From Prevotellaceae bacterium UBA1720 (GTDB taxonomy: Bacteria; Bacteroidota; Bacteroidia; Bacteroidales; Bacteroidaceae): DNA of 64,000 nt. Below the pieces are notes generated by a model. That model was not told where the DNA came from. It ran no database searches and was given only the letters and a program-made list of their open reading frames with translations. Below, one piece after another: positions 55,705-64,000 of the stretch. The stretch covers positions 7,881 to 71,880 of the forward strand of contig DCIS01000122.1 of the NCBI GenBank assembly GCA_002317475.1. Reading direction: 5' to 3'. Positions within the stretch are counted from its first letter, which is position 1. The number at the start of each line of letters is the position of its first letter. A program made the translations under genes and the position numbers.

Positions 55705-57057
55705 ATGAACTGGGAGCAACTACTTTCCACACAACGACTGGGTATGGAAAACCAGCCAACAAGGGCTGATGACCGCACTGAATTTCAGCGTGATTATGAC
55801 CGTCTGATCTTCTCCGCACCATTCCGTCGTCTTCAGAACAAAACACAGGTATTTCCTCTTCCTGGAAGCATCTTTGTGCACAACCGACTGACACATTCGC
55901 TGGAGGTAAGTAGTGTGGGCCGTTCGTTGGGCAACGATGTTAGCAGAATTCTCTTGCAGAAACACCCCTGGCTCTACAATACCCACCTCACAGAACTGGG
56001 CAGCATCGTGTCAGCAGCCTGTCTGGCTCATGACATGGGTAATCCTCCCTTTGGGCATAGTGGAGAACGGGCTATTGGTACATACTTCTCGGAAGGTGCA
56101 GGTCAGTGGCTCAAGGACTACGTTTGCGAAGAGACTGGCGATTCCCTGACACCCGAGCAATGGCAAGACTTGATACACTTTGAGGGTAATGCCAATGCTT
56201 TCCGTCTGCTTACCCACCATTTTAATGGCCGGAGAAAGGGCGGTTTCGTAATGACCTACTCTACCCTGGCCAGCATTGTGAAGTACCCTTTCACCAGCGA
56301 TTTAGCAGGTTCTCATCGAAAGTTTGGATTTTTCCGTTCAGAGATAGAAGACTACAAGCTAATCGCAGAGACCCTGGGTCTGAAGAAACTTGAGGCACCC
56401 GAAGGCAGCATCCGTTATGCGCGTCATCCCTTGGTTTATCTGGTAGAAGCAGCTGATGACATCTGTTACGAAATCATGGATATTGAAGATGCCCACAAAC
56501 TAAAAATCCTCACAGAAGAAGAGACCAAAGATTTGCTTCTGGGATTCTTTGAAGGGGAGCAACTGAATCACATCAAAGCACGACTGGAAAGCGTAGAGGA
56601 CATCAACGAACAGGTGGTTTACCTGCGCAGCGTGGCCATCAACTGTCTGGAAGGCGAATGTGTGAATGTCTTCGTAGAGAACGAAGAGGCCATCCTCAAT
56701 GGCACTTTCGAAGGTTCGCTCATCGACCACATTTCCGAACATCCTCGCAAGGCCTACAAAACCTGCGAGGCAACATCGTATGACAGAATCTATCACTCTA
56801 AGAATGTAATTGACATTGAGATTGCCGGTTTCAAAGTCATCACAGAGTTGACAGACCTGATGATGCATGCCGTGACACATAGTGACAGAGCCTACTCCCA
56901 GCTACTTATCAATCGCGTCTCCACACAATACGAAATCCTTGCCCCAACTCTGTATGAGCGTATAATGGCCGTACTGGATTACATCTCGGGCATGACTGAC
57001 GTCTTCGCCCTTGACCTCTATCGCAAGATCAATGGCATGACTCTACCAAACGTATAA
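55705..57057 (+). CDS. dgt: dGTPase-like triphosphohydrolase (HD domain)
   Basis: DRTEFQRDYDRLIFSAPFRRLQNKTQVFP, RLTHSLEV, LAHDMGNPPFGH. Confidence 0.9.
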   Translation: MNWEQLLSTQRLGMENQPTRADDRTEFQRDYDRLIFSAPFRRLQNKTQVFPLPGSIFVHNRLTHSLEVSSVGRSLGNDVSRILLQKHPWLYNTHLTELGSIVSAACLAHDMGNPPFGHSGERAIGTYFSEGAGQWLKDYVCEETGDSLTPEQWQDLIHFEGNANAFRLLTHHFNGRRKGGFVMTYSTLASIVKYPFTSDLAGSHRKFGFFRSEIEDYKLIAETLGLKKLEAPEGSIRYARHPLVYLVEAADDICYEIMDIEDAHKLKILTEEETKDLLLGFFEGEQLNHIKARLESVEDINEQVVYLRSVAINCLEGECVNVFVENEEAILNGTFEGSLIDHISEHPRKAYKTCEATSYDRIYHSKNVIDIEIAGFKVITELTDLMMHAVTHSDRAYSQLLINRVSTQYEILAPTLYERIMAVLDYISGMTDVFALDLYRKINGMTLPNV

Positions 57058-57152
57058 TGACCGTATAAACAACGTACAAACAACGTACAAACAACGTATA
57101 AACAACGTATGTATACGTACACTATACGAAGGCTGTACGGTGTCTGTACGGT
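57050..57152. repeat. 11-bp phased ACGT-core array C
   Basis: AACAACGTACA/AACAACGTATA units, then GTACGGTGTCT. ACG starts fall at 57050, 061, 072, 083, 094, 105, 115, 126, 137, 148. The first unit overlaps the dgt stop. Confidence 0.9.
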
Positions 57153-57219
57153 GTTGAATTCATCGCCGCACACAAGAAAACAGAATGCTTTATTGCAAAA
57201 ACCGAGCGTTTTCCCCCTA

Positions 57220-58344
57220 TCAAACTGACGCAACAGTTTGAACCGCAAACACCTCTGTCAAGTAGTCATCCAGCGACACGCCCTCCATCTTCATGAAGAC
57301 CGAGCGAGCCGTCTTTACTGTACCAAATCCCGCCTCCAAGGAATCAGCCACCACCATAACCTTTCCCGACTTAATCAAGCGTTTTAACTCCTCTATACGG
57401 TAAGTATTCAGGTATTCGTGCGTGTCATTATATCCTTGGCTTCGTACACACTGCAGCAGCAAGTGACGATTTAACCCTGTTTCTGTACACAGTTGGTCAC
57501 GGTTGAAGGTGCTTTGCGTCCAGCGTTCCCTATGGTTCTGCATCCAGAATTCCACCCTTAGAAAGTGTTGACGGTTAGCCTCGTTAAAGTCCTCACGTTC
57601 AGCCTGTTCAATCTGTTCTTCAGAAGGTTCCTCTGACACAGTTTCGATAGTAGGTTTGGGCAGACCCATAGCCATATTCTCCAACGTGCGATAGGCCAGG
57701 TATGCATTTAGCATCGTAAATGCCACAAGGAAGGCAATCAGGAGTTCGGGCATGTAGTGTATAGTGCAAGCCAGATACAGGATTACAATGATAACCAAAG
57801 CCGTACAATATCCCCCAACATAGGCAGGAACATTGGTACTATGAGCCAAACGGTGCGGCAAGCGTAATACGTTGATAACATAATAGATACTCAGCCCAAT
57901 AGCCACGACCCTCAACAACACATCTACATTGTAAGGAGGTTTTAGCAGGTCATAGAAATTATGTACGGTCTTCATCTCCATCCCTAAAGCCCAAAGTACA
58001 GCATACACCGTAAACAGCACGATGGCTGGTAAGGCATACTTCACCATACGTTCCATCTGCAAATAGGCAGGCATAGGTACACTCAACGGGTAGATACTCT
58101 GCAAGAAACTCGTAGCTGTCAGCGTGAGCAACATCAAAGGGTGAAACATACCTGGCTGACCCTCAACAATATCCTGACTAAAGGGCGCACAAAAAGCCAG
58201 AACAAAACCGAAGATGGCATTAATCCAGGTCAGGGCCAGATACTGTACCTTATAACGTGCATACAAACCTAATACCGTAGCCAACACAATGTGGGCTGTA
58301 GCACTAACAGTAAATATGATGAGAAAGACTTGCGCAGTTATCAA
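57220..58344 (-). CDS. membrane protein with a C-terminal AraC-type HTH-like domain
   Basis: About 7 TM helices, then ...FNRDQLCTETGLNRHLLLQCVRSQGYNDTHEYLNTYRIEELKRLI. The start is uncertain (TTG at 58344, no nearby ATG). Confidence 0.55.
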   Translation of the reverse strand: MITAQVFLIIFTVSATAHIVLATVLGLYARYKVQYLALTWINAIFGFVLAFCAPFSQDIVEGQPGMFHPLMLLTLTATSFLQSIYPLSVPMPAYLQMERMVKYALPAIVLFTVYAVLWALGMEMKTVHNFYDLLKPPYNVDVLLRVVAIGLSIYYVINVLRLPHRLAHSTNVPAYVGGYCTALVIIVILYLACTIHYMPELLIAFLVAFTMLNAYLAYRTLENMAMGLPKPTIETVSEEPSEEQIEQAEREDFNEANRQHFLRVEFWMQNHRERWTQSTFNRDQLCTETGLNRHLLLQCVRSQGYNDTHEYLNTYRIEELKRLIKSGKVMVVADSLEAGFGTVKTARSVFMKMEGVSLDDYLTEVFAVQTVASV

Positions 58345-58382
58345 GGTTAATAGGTATTACAATGAAATTATGAAAATGCCTA

Positions 58383-58390
58383 CAAAGATA
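58383..58390 (-). promoter_or_regulatory. -7 box TATCTTTG
   Basis: 39 nt upstream of the TTG at 58344. Confidence 0.4.
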
Positions 58391-58561
58391 CTTTTATTTA
58401 TTCAACTATGCAAATATGTTTGGGATTATCTTTCACACAACACAACATATCGTGGTTCAAATCAAATCACGTTGTATTTGGAAAGAATCGTTTTCCACCT
58501 TAGCCAACAAGAAGAATAAGACAGAAATTACAGATACGAATTATTTACATTTATAATTCTA

Positions 58562-59281
58562 TTATTTTGCTGTGTTTTGACGTTTCTGCTGAGCCTCTTT
58601 TGAAAGTTGTTCCACCTTCATTTGCACAACACGAACATCCTCAACTGGGCGATCATTTTGGTCCGTCTTAACAGCTTGAATTTTTCCAACAATATCCAAC
58701 CCCTCAATAACTTCACCAAAGACCGTATAAGTTCCATCAAGATGGGGAGTGCCACCATACTGCAGATAGTCCTCATACATCTGGGAGGTCATCTCTACCC
58801 CATTCTCCTCAAGACGCGCACGAGCCTGTTTGAGCGAGGCTGGACCAAACGACTTGCCCCAGACAATATAAAACTGACAACCACTGCTGCGCATCTCTGG
58901 ATTGACGTCGTCACCCTCTCGGGCAGCTGCCAAGGCACCACGCAAATGATGGTAGTAGGGAATGCGAAACTCTGCAGGAATGGTATACCCCACATCTCCT
59001 TCACCCAACAACACACCAGGTTTAGCATCACGACTATCAGGATCACCGCCTTGAATCATAAAATCCTTGATGACACGATGAAAGAGGGTACCATCATAGA
59101 ATCCCTTTTCTACCAATTTCAGGAAGTTATCACGATGTTTGGGAGTATCGTCAAGTAAGGCTACTCGTATCACCCCTGCAGTAGTCTCAATTCGAACCAC
59201 ACTACGTTTCTCTTTCTTCTTTGCTTGACTGACAGCAAAGGGAACTACCATCAGTATGAACGCCAACAAAATCTTTCGCAT
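58562..59281 (-). CDS. peptidylprolyl isomerase (cyclophilin type)
   Basis: ATG at 59281 (MRKILLAFILMVVPFAVSQA). FHRVIKDFMIQGGDP is the cyclophilin signature. Confidence 0.92.
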   Translation of the reverse strand: MRKILLAFILMVVPFAVSQAKKKEKRSVVRIETTAGVIRVALLDDTPKHRDNFLKLVEKGFYDGTLFHRVIKDFMIQGGDPDSRDAKPGVLLGEGDVGYTIPAEFRIPYYHHLRGALAAAREGDDVNPEMRSSGCQFYIVWGKSFGPASLKQARARLEENGVEMTSQMYEDYLQYGGTPHLDGTYTVFGEVIEGLDIVGKIQAVKTDQNDRPVEDVRVVQMKVEQLSKEAQQKRQNTAK

Positions 59282-59355
59282 AATCAAAAGTGTTAGAAAA
59301 TGGTTTTTCGAGATGAAGGCAGCTTATTACCCTCAAGCTCTTATATCATTCGGTG

Positions 59356-59363
59356 CAAAGATA
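59356..59363 (-). promoter_or_regulatory. -7 box TATCTTTG
   Basis: 75 nt upstream of the PPIase ATG at 59281. Confidence 0.4.
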
Positions 59364-59530
59364 GGAAAAAATCCCCACCAAAGCAAACAATACCCTGATA
59401 AAAGCGTAAAATAGCAGAGAATCACATGATTTACAATGATTTTCCGGGAGTCAATACATGCTAAACGGCAACTAATTTTAGAGTCAAAAACAAGGCTCAG
59501 AAAACTTTTTTGAAGATTTTTGCTGAAAAG

Positions 59531-59550
59531 TGTGGAGAATTGTGGGGAAT
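59531..59550 (+). promoter_or_regulatory. probable MraZ operator (direct TGTGGRGAAT repeats)
   Basis: TGTGGAGAAT TGTGGGGAAT lies directly upstream of the mraZ -7 box, with a degenerate third unit TGCTGAAAAG at 59521-30. Confidence 0.5.
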
Positions 59551-59554
59551 TTTG

Positions 59555-59562
59555 TAACTTTG
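59555..59562 (+). promoter_or_regulatory. -7 box TAACTTTG (dcw/mraZ promoter)
   Basis: 33 nt upstream of the mraZ ATG, preceded by TTTG and the GTGGG-type repeats. Confidence 0.5.
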
Positions 59563-59594
59563 AACCCGAAATAACCATTTAATTAGGAACACGC

Positions 59595-60047
59595 ATGCGT
59601 TTCACAGGAAATATTGATGCAAAAACAGACCAAAAGGGAAGGGTTTTCCTACCTGCTGCCTTCAGAAAGATTCTGATGACAAACAGCGTGGAAGGTCTCA
59701 TTCTCAGACGTGATGTTTTTCAGCAGTGCCTGGTAATCTACCCGTTGAATGTCTGGAACGAGATGGTGGACAGCATCACCCAGCACACGAATCCCTTTGA
59801 CCGACGTGGCAGAGAGAACCTGAGGCGTTTCGTGGCCGACTCAGAAAGTGTGTCAATGGACAGTGACGGTCGTATACTCATACCTCGCCGATACCTACAA
59901 GCTGTGGGCATAGAGCAGGAAGTGAGATTCATCGGCATGGACAACACCATTGAGGTTTGGAACAGACAGGCTGCTGACAATCTGCTGAATGAGACAGAAG
60001 ATTTTGCCGACAGCATCGAAGGAATGATGAACCCCATGGCATTCTAA
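59595..60047 (+). CDS. mraZ: transcriptional regulator MraZ
   Basis: MRFTGNIDAKTDQKGRVFLPAAFRK and a second SpoVT-AbrB half, DSDGRILIPRRY. Confidence 0.95.
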   Translation: MRFTGNIDAKTDQKGRVFLPAAFRKILMTNSVEGLILRRDVFQQCLVIYPLNVWNEMVDSITQHTNPFDRRGRENLRRFVADSESVSMDSDGRILIPRRYLQAVGIEQEVRFIGMDNTIEVWNRQAADNLLNETEDFADSIEGMMNPMAF

Positions 60048-60079
60048 GAGTCCCCACACGAACAAGTAACCAAGACTTT

Positions 60080-60994
60080 ATGGCAGAAAACTACCACAAA
60101 CCCGTACTCCTACACGAGACCGTGGACGGATTAAACATACGTCCCGATGGCATCTATGCCGACATGACCTTCGGCGGAGGTGGTCACAGCAGGGAGATTC
60201 TGAGCCGTCTGGGCACAGAAGGACACCTGTTCAGTTTCGACCAGGACCTTGATGCTATGGCAGGAGCATTCGATGACGAACGCTTCACCTTCGTCAGGAG
60301 CAACTTCCGGTTCCTTCAGAACTGGATGGAGTACTATGATGTGGAGGGTGTAGATGGCATCATGGCCGATTTAGGTGTGAGCAGTCATCACTTGGATGCC
60401 GGCGAGAGAGGTTTTTCCTTCAGATATGACGCACCGCTGGATATGCGCATGAACCAACGAGGTAAGTTGACTGCAGAGCAAATCATCGCAGAATACAGCG
60501 AAGAACAGTTGGCAGACATTCTGTACTTATACGGAGAGATGAAGAACAGTCGCAGGTTGGCTTCAACAATCGTAAAGGCTCGTCAACAAGGCGAGATCAA
60601 AACTACAGGACAATTGGCCGACCTGGTACGCCCACTATTAGGTCGTGACCGCGAGAAGAAAGATCTCGCAAAAGTGTTTCAAGCCCTGCGTATAGAGGTG
60701 AACGGAGAGATGAAGGCTCTCAGACAGATGCTGAACGCAGCAATCGAGGTTCTGAAACCAGGAGGCAGGCTGGTGGTATTGACCTACCACTCACTGGAGG
60801 ACCGTATGGTGAAGAACATCATGAAGAGCGGGAACGCAGAAGGCAAGAGTGAGCAAGACTTCTTCGGTAATTGCCTCTCCCCCCTTCGTCCATTAGGCAA
60901 AGTGATAATTCCGAGCGCCGAGGAACAGAGCGAAAACCCTAGAAGCCGAAGTGCAAAGTTACGCATCGCAGAAAAAGTTGAGATACAAAAATAG
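60080..60994 (+). CDS. rsmH: 16S rRNA (cytosine1402-N4)-methyltransferase
   Basis: HKPVLLHETVDGL..DMTFGGGGHS..DLGVSSHHLD. Confidence 0.95.
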   Translation: MAENYHKPVLLHETVDGLNIRPDGIYADMTFGGGGHSREILSRLGTEGHLFSFDQDLDAMAGAFDDERFTFVRSNFRFLQNWMEYYDVEGVDGIMADLGVSSHHLDAGERGFSFRYDAPLDMRMNQRGKLTAEQIIAEYSEEQLADILYLYGEMKNSRRLASTIVKARQQGEIKTTGQLADLVRPLLGRDREKKDLAKVFQALRIEVNGEMKALRQMLNAAIEVLKPGGRLVVLTYHSLEDRMVKNIMKSGNAEGKSEQDFFGNCLSPLRPLGKVIIPSAEEQSENPRSRSAKLRIAEKVEIQK

Positions 60995-61020
60995 AATTAC
61001 GCACATCAAGACGACATAAC

Positions 61021-61692
61021 ATGATCAGAACAGAGGAAAGAAACGAACTGGAGAACGAAGCGCTTCTCGACAGCATCCTTGAGGTAACAACCGGCAAGGA
61101 GGAAGAGAAGGCCGATGTCCAAGATGTGCCCGTGGAGGATAAGATGGAGGACCTGACGCTTGCAGAGGACGAAAACATCCCTGAAGAGGAAACCGATAGC
61201 AGCGAGGAAGGACTTTCCGAAGAGGAAGAAGAGGAAGAAACCATAGAAGAGAAAAGTCCAAAACAGAAAAAAGAGGAAGAAAAGTCCTTCAGGATGAAGA
61301 GACTGCTACGCAAAGCCCTACGCGAAGACGATGGCGAGGGAGGCAATCTGAAAGACATGTTTAACGACATGCAGATTAGTGGTGAATGGCTGAAACGCCA
61401 TTGGACATTCCTCCTTCTGGTATTCGTCTGTATGCTAGTTTTTGTAACCAACCGTTACCAAGCACAACAAGAGATCATCGAGGAAGCCAGACTAAAACAA
61501 GAACTGAACGATTGGAGATTTATCTGGTTGACACAATTCAGCGAACTGACTCGCAGTAGCCGACAAAGTTTCATCGAGGAGAGTCTGAAACAACGAGGTG
61601 ACAGCACATTAAAACCCAGCAAGGTGGCACCATTCATATTAAAAGTTGAAGGCAAGAAAGAAAATGGCAAATACAAACAAGACAAACAATAA
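61021..61692 (+). CDS. ftsL: FtsL-like cell-division protein with a long acidic N-terminal extension
   Basis: dcw position between rsmH and ftsI, a single TM (WTFLLLVFVCMLVFVTN) and a Glu-rich N-terminus. Confidence 0.6.
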   Translation: MIRTEERNELENEALLDSILEVTTGKEEEKADVQDVPVEDKMEDLTLAEDENIPEEETDSSEEGLSEEEEEEETIEEKSPKQKKEEEKSFRMKRLLRKALREDDGEGGNLKDMFNDMQISGEWLKRHWTFLLLVFVCMLVFVTNRYQAQQEIIEEARLKQELNDWRFIWLTQFSELTRSSRQSFIEESLKQRGDSTLKPSKVAPFILKVEGKKENGKYKQDKQ

Positions 61693-63877
61693 GACAGCGA
61701 ACTCCCAGAATAAGGGTAAGGCTGAATGGAAGAATCTGGGAGCAAAGCGCTTCAAGTGGTTCTTCCTGATTGCTTGCGCTGCCGGTATTGCCATCCTGCT
61801 GACTGCCGCCAAAAGCATGGTCATGGAGAAGGACTACTGGGAAGGTGTGCGCAAACGTTTCACCCGAAACAACCAAACAATCCAGGCTGAACGTGGTAAC
61901 ATCTACGACTGCAACGGTAAACTGCTCGTTGGTAGCATCCCCGTATACCGTCTATATATCGACTTCAAGGTTTACGGTCCTGACTCAGCAGCCAATGCCA
62001 AGGTGCAGAAGTGGCGTAACGAAGAGTTTGACGCAAAGCGTGACAGCATTTGCGAGGGACTGCATGAAATATTCCCCGAATACAGCACCCAATGGTTTAA
62101 GGACAGACTACAGAAAGGTCGCGACAAACAACGAACCTGCCAGATATACCCCTATCCCGTCTCTTTCGAGAAGTACAAGAAATGTCAGAAGTTGCCCTTG
62201 TTGCGTGAACCTATTCTGAGAGGTGGTTTTCATGGAGACAGAATCGTACAGCGAGCAAAACCTTACGGAAGTCTGGCAAGTCGCCTATTGGGAACACTAG
62301 AACGCGATTCAGATCGTGTGCCCAAGAACGGTATCGAATGGCTGTGTGATTCTGTGTTGCGCGGCAAGGACGGAATAAGCCATCGCACGAAGATGCGTAA
62401 TGCTAATGTCAGTCTAACCGACGAGGCCCCAATTGATGGACAGGATGTAGTAACAACCATTGATGTAGACTTACAGGACGCTGCCGAAAAGGCTATTCGT
62501 GCCCAGGTTGAGAACTTGAATGCCGAGATGGGTGTAGTCATCGTGATGGAGGCCGCAACTGGTGACGTCAAAGCCATGGTCAATCTGGGCAAAGGTAGTG
62601 ATGGCAAATACTACGAAATGATGAACTACGCCATTTCCAAACGCATGGAGCCAGGATCTACATTCAAGACTGCCAGCATCATGGTGGCACTAGAGGATGG
62701 AGTAATCACGCCCGAGACAATGGTAGAGACTGGCAATGGCCTTCATATCATGCATGGAGCGAAGATGAAGGACTGGAGTTATGGTGGTAGAGGTGGTTTT
62801 GGTCTGATTGATGTAAAAACCGTGATGGAACAGAGTTCGAATATCGGCGTAAGCCGCCTTATTGACGACCATTACGGCAGTAATCCCACGAAATTCGTTG
62901 ATGGACTGAAGCGTGTTGGTGCAGGCATCGACTTGGACATTCCTTTCAAGGGATCGCAGAATCCTCGCATGAAACGCCCCGGTGATGCCACCTGGTCCAA
63001 GACCACCCTGGCATGGATGAGTATTGGATACGAGTCGTTATTGCCACCCATCAGCACATGTACATTCTACAATGGCATCGCAAACAACGGCAAACTGGTT
63101 CGTCCACGATTCGTAAAAGCAATCATGCAGGACGGCATAGTGACAGAGGAACGTCCCGTGGAGATACTACGCGATAAGATGTGCTCCGACAAGACCCTGA
63201 AACAGATACGCGACATTCTGGAGAATGTAGTGAGTGCCCCCAACGGTACAGGCAAGAAGGCTCGTTGCCAATTCCGCGTATGTGGCAAGACGGGTACGGC
63301 CCAGATTGCCTCTGGCAGAGGTGGTTATAGAAATGGCCAGGTGGAATATCTCATCAGTTTCTGTGGATTCTTCCCCGCCGAAGCACCTAAATACACCTGT
63401 CTGGTTTGCATACAGAAGAAAGGACTTCCTGCGTCAGGAGGTGGTCACTGCGGTCCCGTATTCAAGGAAGTGGCACAGTTTGTAATGGCAACAGGCATGA
63501 ACCACCGTAATCCCTCCATGGCAGCTGATTCGACTAGCGTAATGATACCAGAGATGGCAAACGGTAATATCCAGGAAACCATCAATTCACTTCAGTCTTT
63601 GGGTATTAAAGCCCCCAAAACTACGTCTTCACCCAGTCCCACCTGGGGCGTCTGCGAGCAGAACAGCACAGGTATCAGCCTCACACCACAATCCACCACA
63701 GCCGGTGAAGTGCCCAACGTTATAGGCATGGGAGCTCGTGACGCTGTTTTTGCCCTACAAAGTGCAGGGATGAAAGTTGACATCAACGGTGCTGGACAAG
63801 TGACCAAACAAAGCATTGAGGGTGGCACTCAGGCAAAGGCAGGAACAAGAATTCGTCTAACCCTTGAGCAGAAATAG
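61664..63877 (+). CDS. ftsI: penicillin-binding protein 3 (transpeptidase) with a C-terminal PASTA domain
   Basis: ATG at 61664 (the ORF-track start at 61646 is a TTG). STFK active site, SSN, and KTGT motifs are present. The C-terminus is VPNVIGMGARDAVFALQSAGMKV. Confidence 0.9.
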   Translation: MANTNKTNNKTANSQNKGKAEWKNLGAKRFKWFFLIACAAGIAILLTAAKSMVMEKDYWEGVRKRFTRNNQTIQAERGNIYDCNGKLLVGSIPVYRLYIDFKVYGPDSAANAKVQKWRNEEFDAKRDSICEGLHEIFPEYSTQWFKDRLQKGRDKQRTCQIYPYPVSFEKYKKCQKLPLLREPILRGGFHGDRIVQRAKPYGSLASRLLGTLERDSDRVPKNGIEWLCDSVLRGKDGISHRTKMRNANVSLTDEAPIDGQDVVTTIDVDLQDAAEKAIRAQVENLNAEMGVVIVMEAATGDVKAMVNLGKGSDGKYYEMMNYAISKRMEPGSTFKTASIMVALEDGVITPETMVETGNGLHIMHGAKMKDWSYGGRGGFGLIDVKTVMEQSSNIGVSRLIDDHYGSNPTKFVDGLKRVGAGIDLDIPFKGSQNPRMKRPGDATWSKTTLAWMSIGYESLLPPISTCTFYNGIANNGKLVRPRFVKAIMQDGIVTEERPVEILRDKMCSDKTLKQIRDILENVVSAPNGTGKKARCQFRVCGKTGTAQIASGRGGYRNGQVEYLISFCGFFPAEAPKYTCLVCIQKKGLPASGGGHCGPVFKEVAQFVMATGMNHRNPSMAADSTSVMIPEMANGNIQETINSLQSLGIKAPKTTSSPSPTWGVCEQNSTGISLTPQSTTAGEVPNVIGMGARDAVFALQSAGMKVDINGAGQVTKQSIEGGTQAKAGTRIRLTLEQK

Positions 63878-63942
63878 CCTCATACCTTATTAATATATAT
63901 AGGAACATAAATACGATTCAAACAGATAATTCAAATATCGAC

Positions 63943-64000
63943 ATGAAACTGCTTCATCTTACAGCAAATACCCACCCCATCCAAATCAAGGGAAATCAGG
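63943..64000 (+). CDS. murE: start of the next dcw gene, probably murE (truncated by window edge)
   Basis: The ATG at 63943 gives MKLLHLTANTHPIQIKGNQ. The call rests on conserved dcw gene order only. Confidence 0.4.
   Translation, partial: MKLLHLTANTHPIQIKGNQ

Noticed and set aside
55705-57057. dGTPase as a nucleotide-depletion anti-phage defence gene
   Set aside because: It lies in a housekeeping context, between a transporter and the dcw-proximal region. It is single-gene with no other defence or mobile genes adjacent, and its sequence looks like the ubiquitous dgt-like family.
60939-61451. 170-aa minus-strand ORF and the other ORFs opposite ftsL (61025-61261, 61455-61745)
   Set aside because: They are Ser-rich mirror images of the Glu-rich (GAA/GAG) stretch of the FtsL-like gene, a low-complexity artefact.

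Overview
This 64-kb chromosomal segment reads as Bacteroidota, probably Prevotellaceae. The evidence is TAnnTTTG -7 promoter boxes in front of most operons, PorQ-cmk-ispH synteny, an ExbB/ExbD/TonB cluster, and mraZ-rsmH-ftsL-ftsI-murE opening the dcw cluster. I support about 50 CDS and one tRNA-Ser(GGA). Most genes are housekeeping: folA, thyA, carB, rsmA, rsmH, topB, cmk, ispH, pepD, dgt, methylmalonyl-CoA mutase mutAB plus a distant meaB, and a 1.8k-aa alpha-2-macroglobulin. The stretch from about 34.1 to 49.6 kb looks accessory. It holds an ECF sigma/anti-sigma operon with a secreted acidic-repeat protein, orphan lipoproteins, a 3-gene primase-helicase module with iteron-like repeats, a GntR-ABC operon and a GH51 arabinofuranosidase. 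The most unusual content is non-coding, in four families of short intergenic elements. (1) A (TTAG)n-type motif, AATTTGTTAGTTAGTTAGGTTAG, occurs 14 times, always intergenic, and carries stop codons in all six frames. It appears singly or as inverted pairs. (2) Four arrays are built on CCTAGG/CTAG cores with a strict 10-bp period. (3) Three homologous arrays are built on TACGTA/GTAC cores with an 11-bp period. Every non-overlapping convergent gene junction in the window carries an array of type 2 or 3. (4) A 29-bp near-perfect palindrome, TGAATAAYGGGGTCWGACCCCRTTATTCA, occurs 4 times, once in frame inside the rsmF-like CDS. I do not recognise any of these as named repeat families. All calls rest on reading the sequence and remembering protein families; no searches were run.
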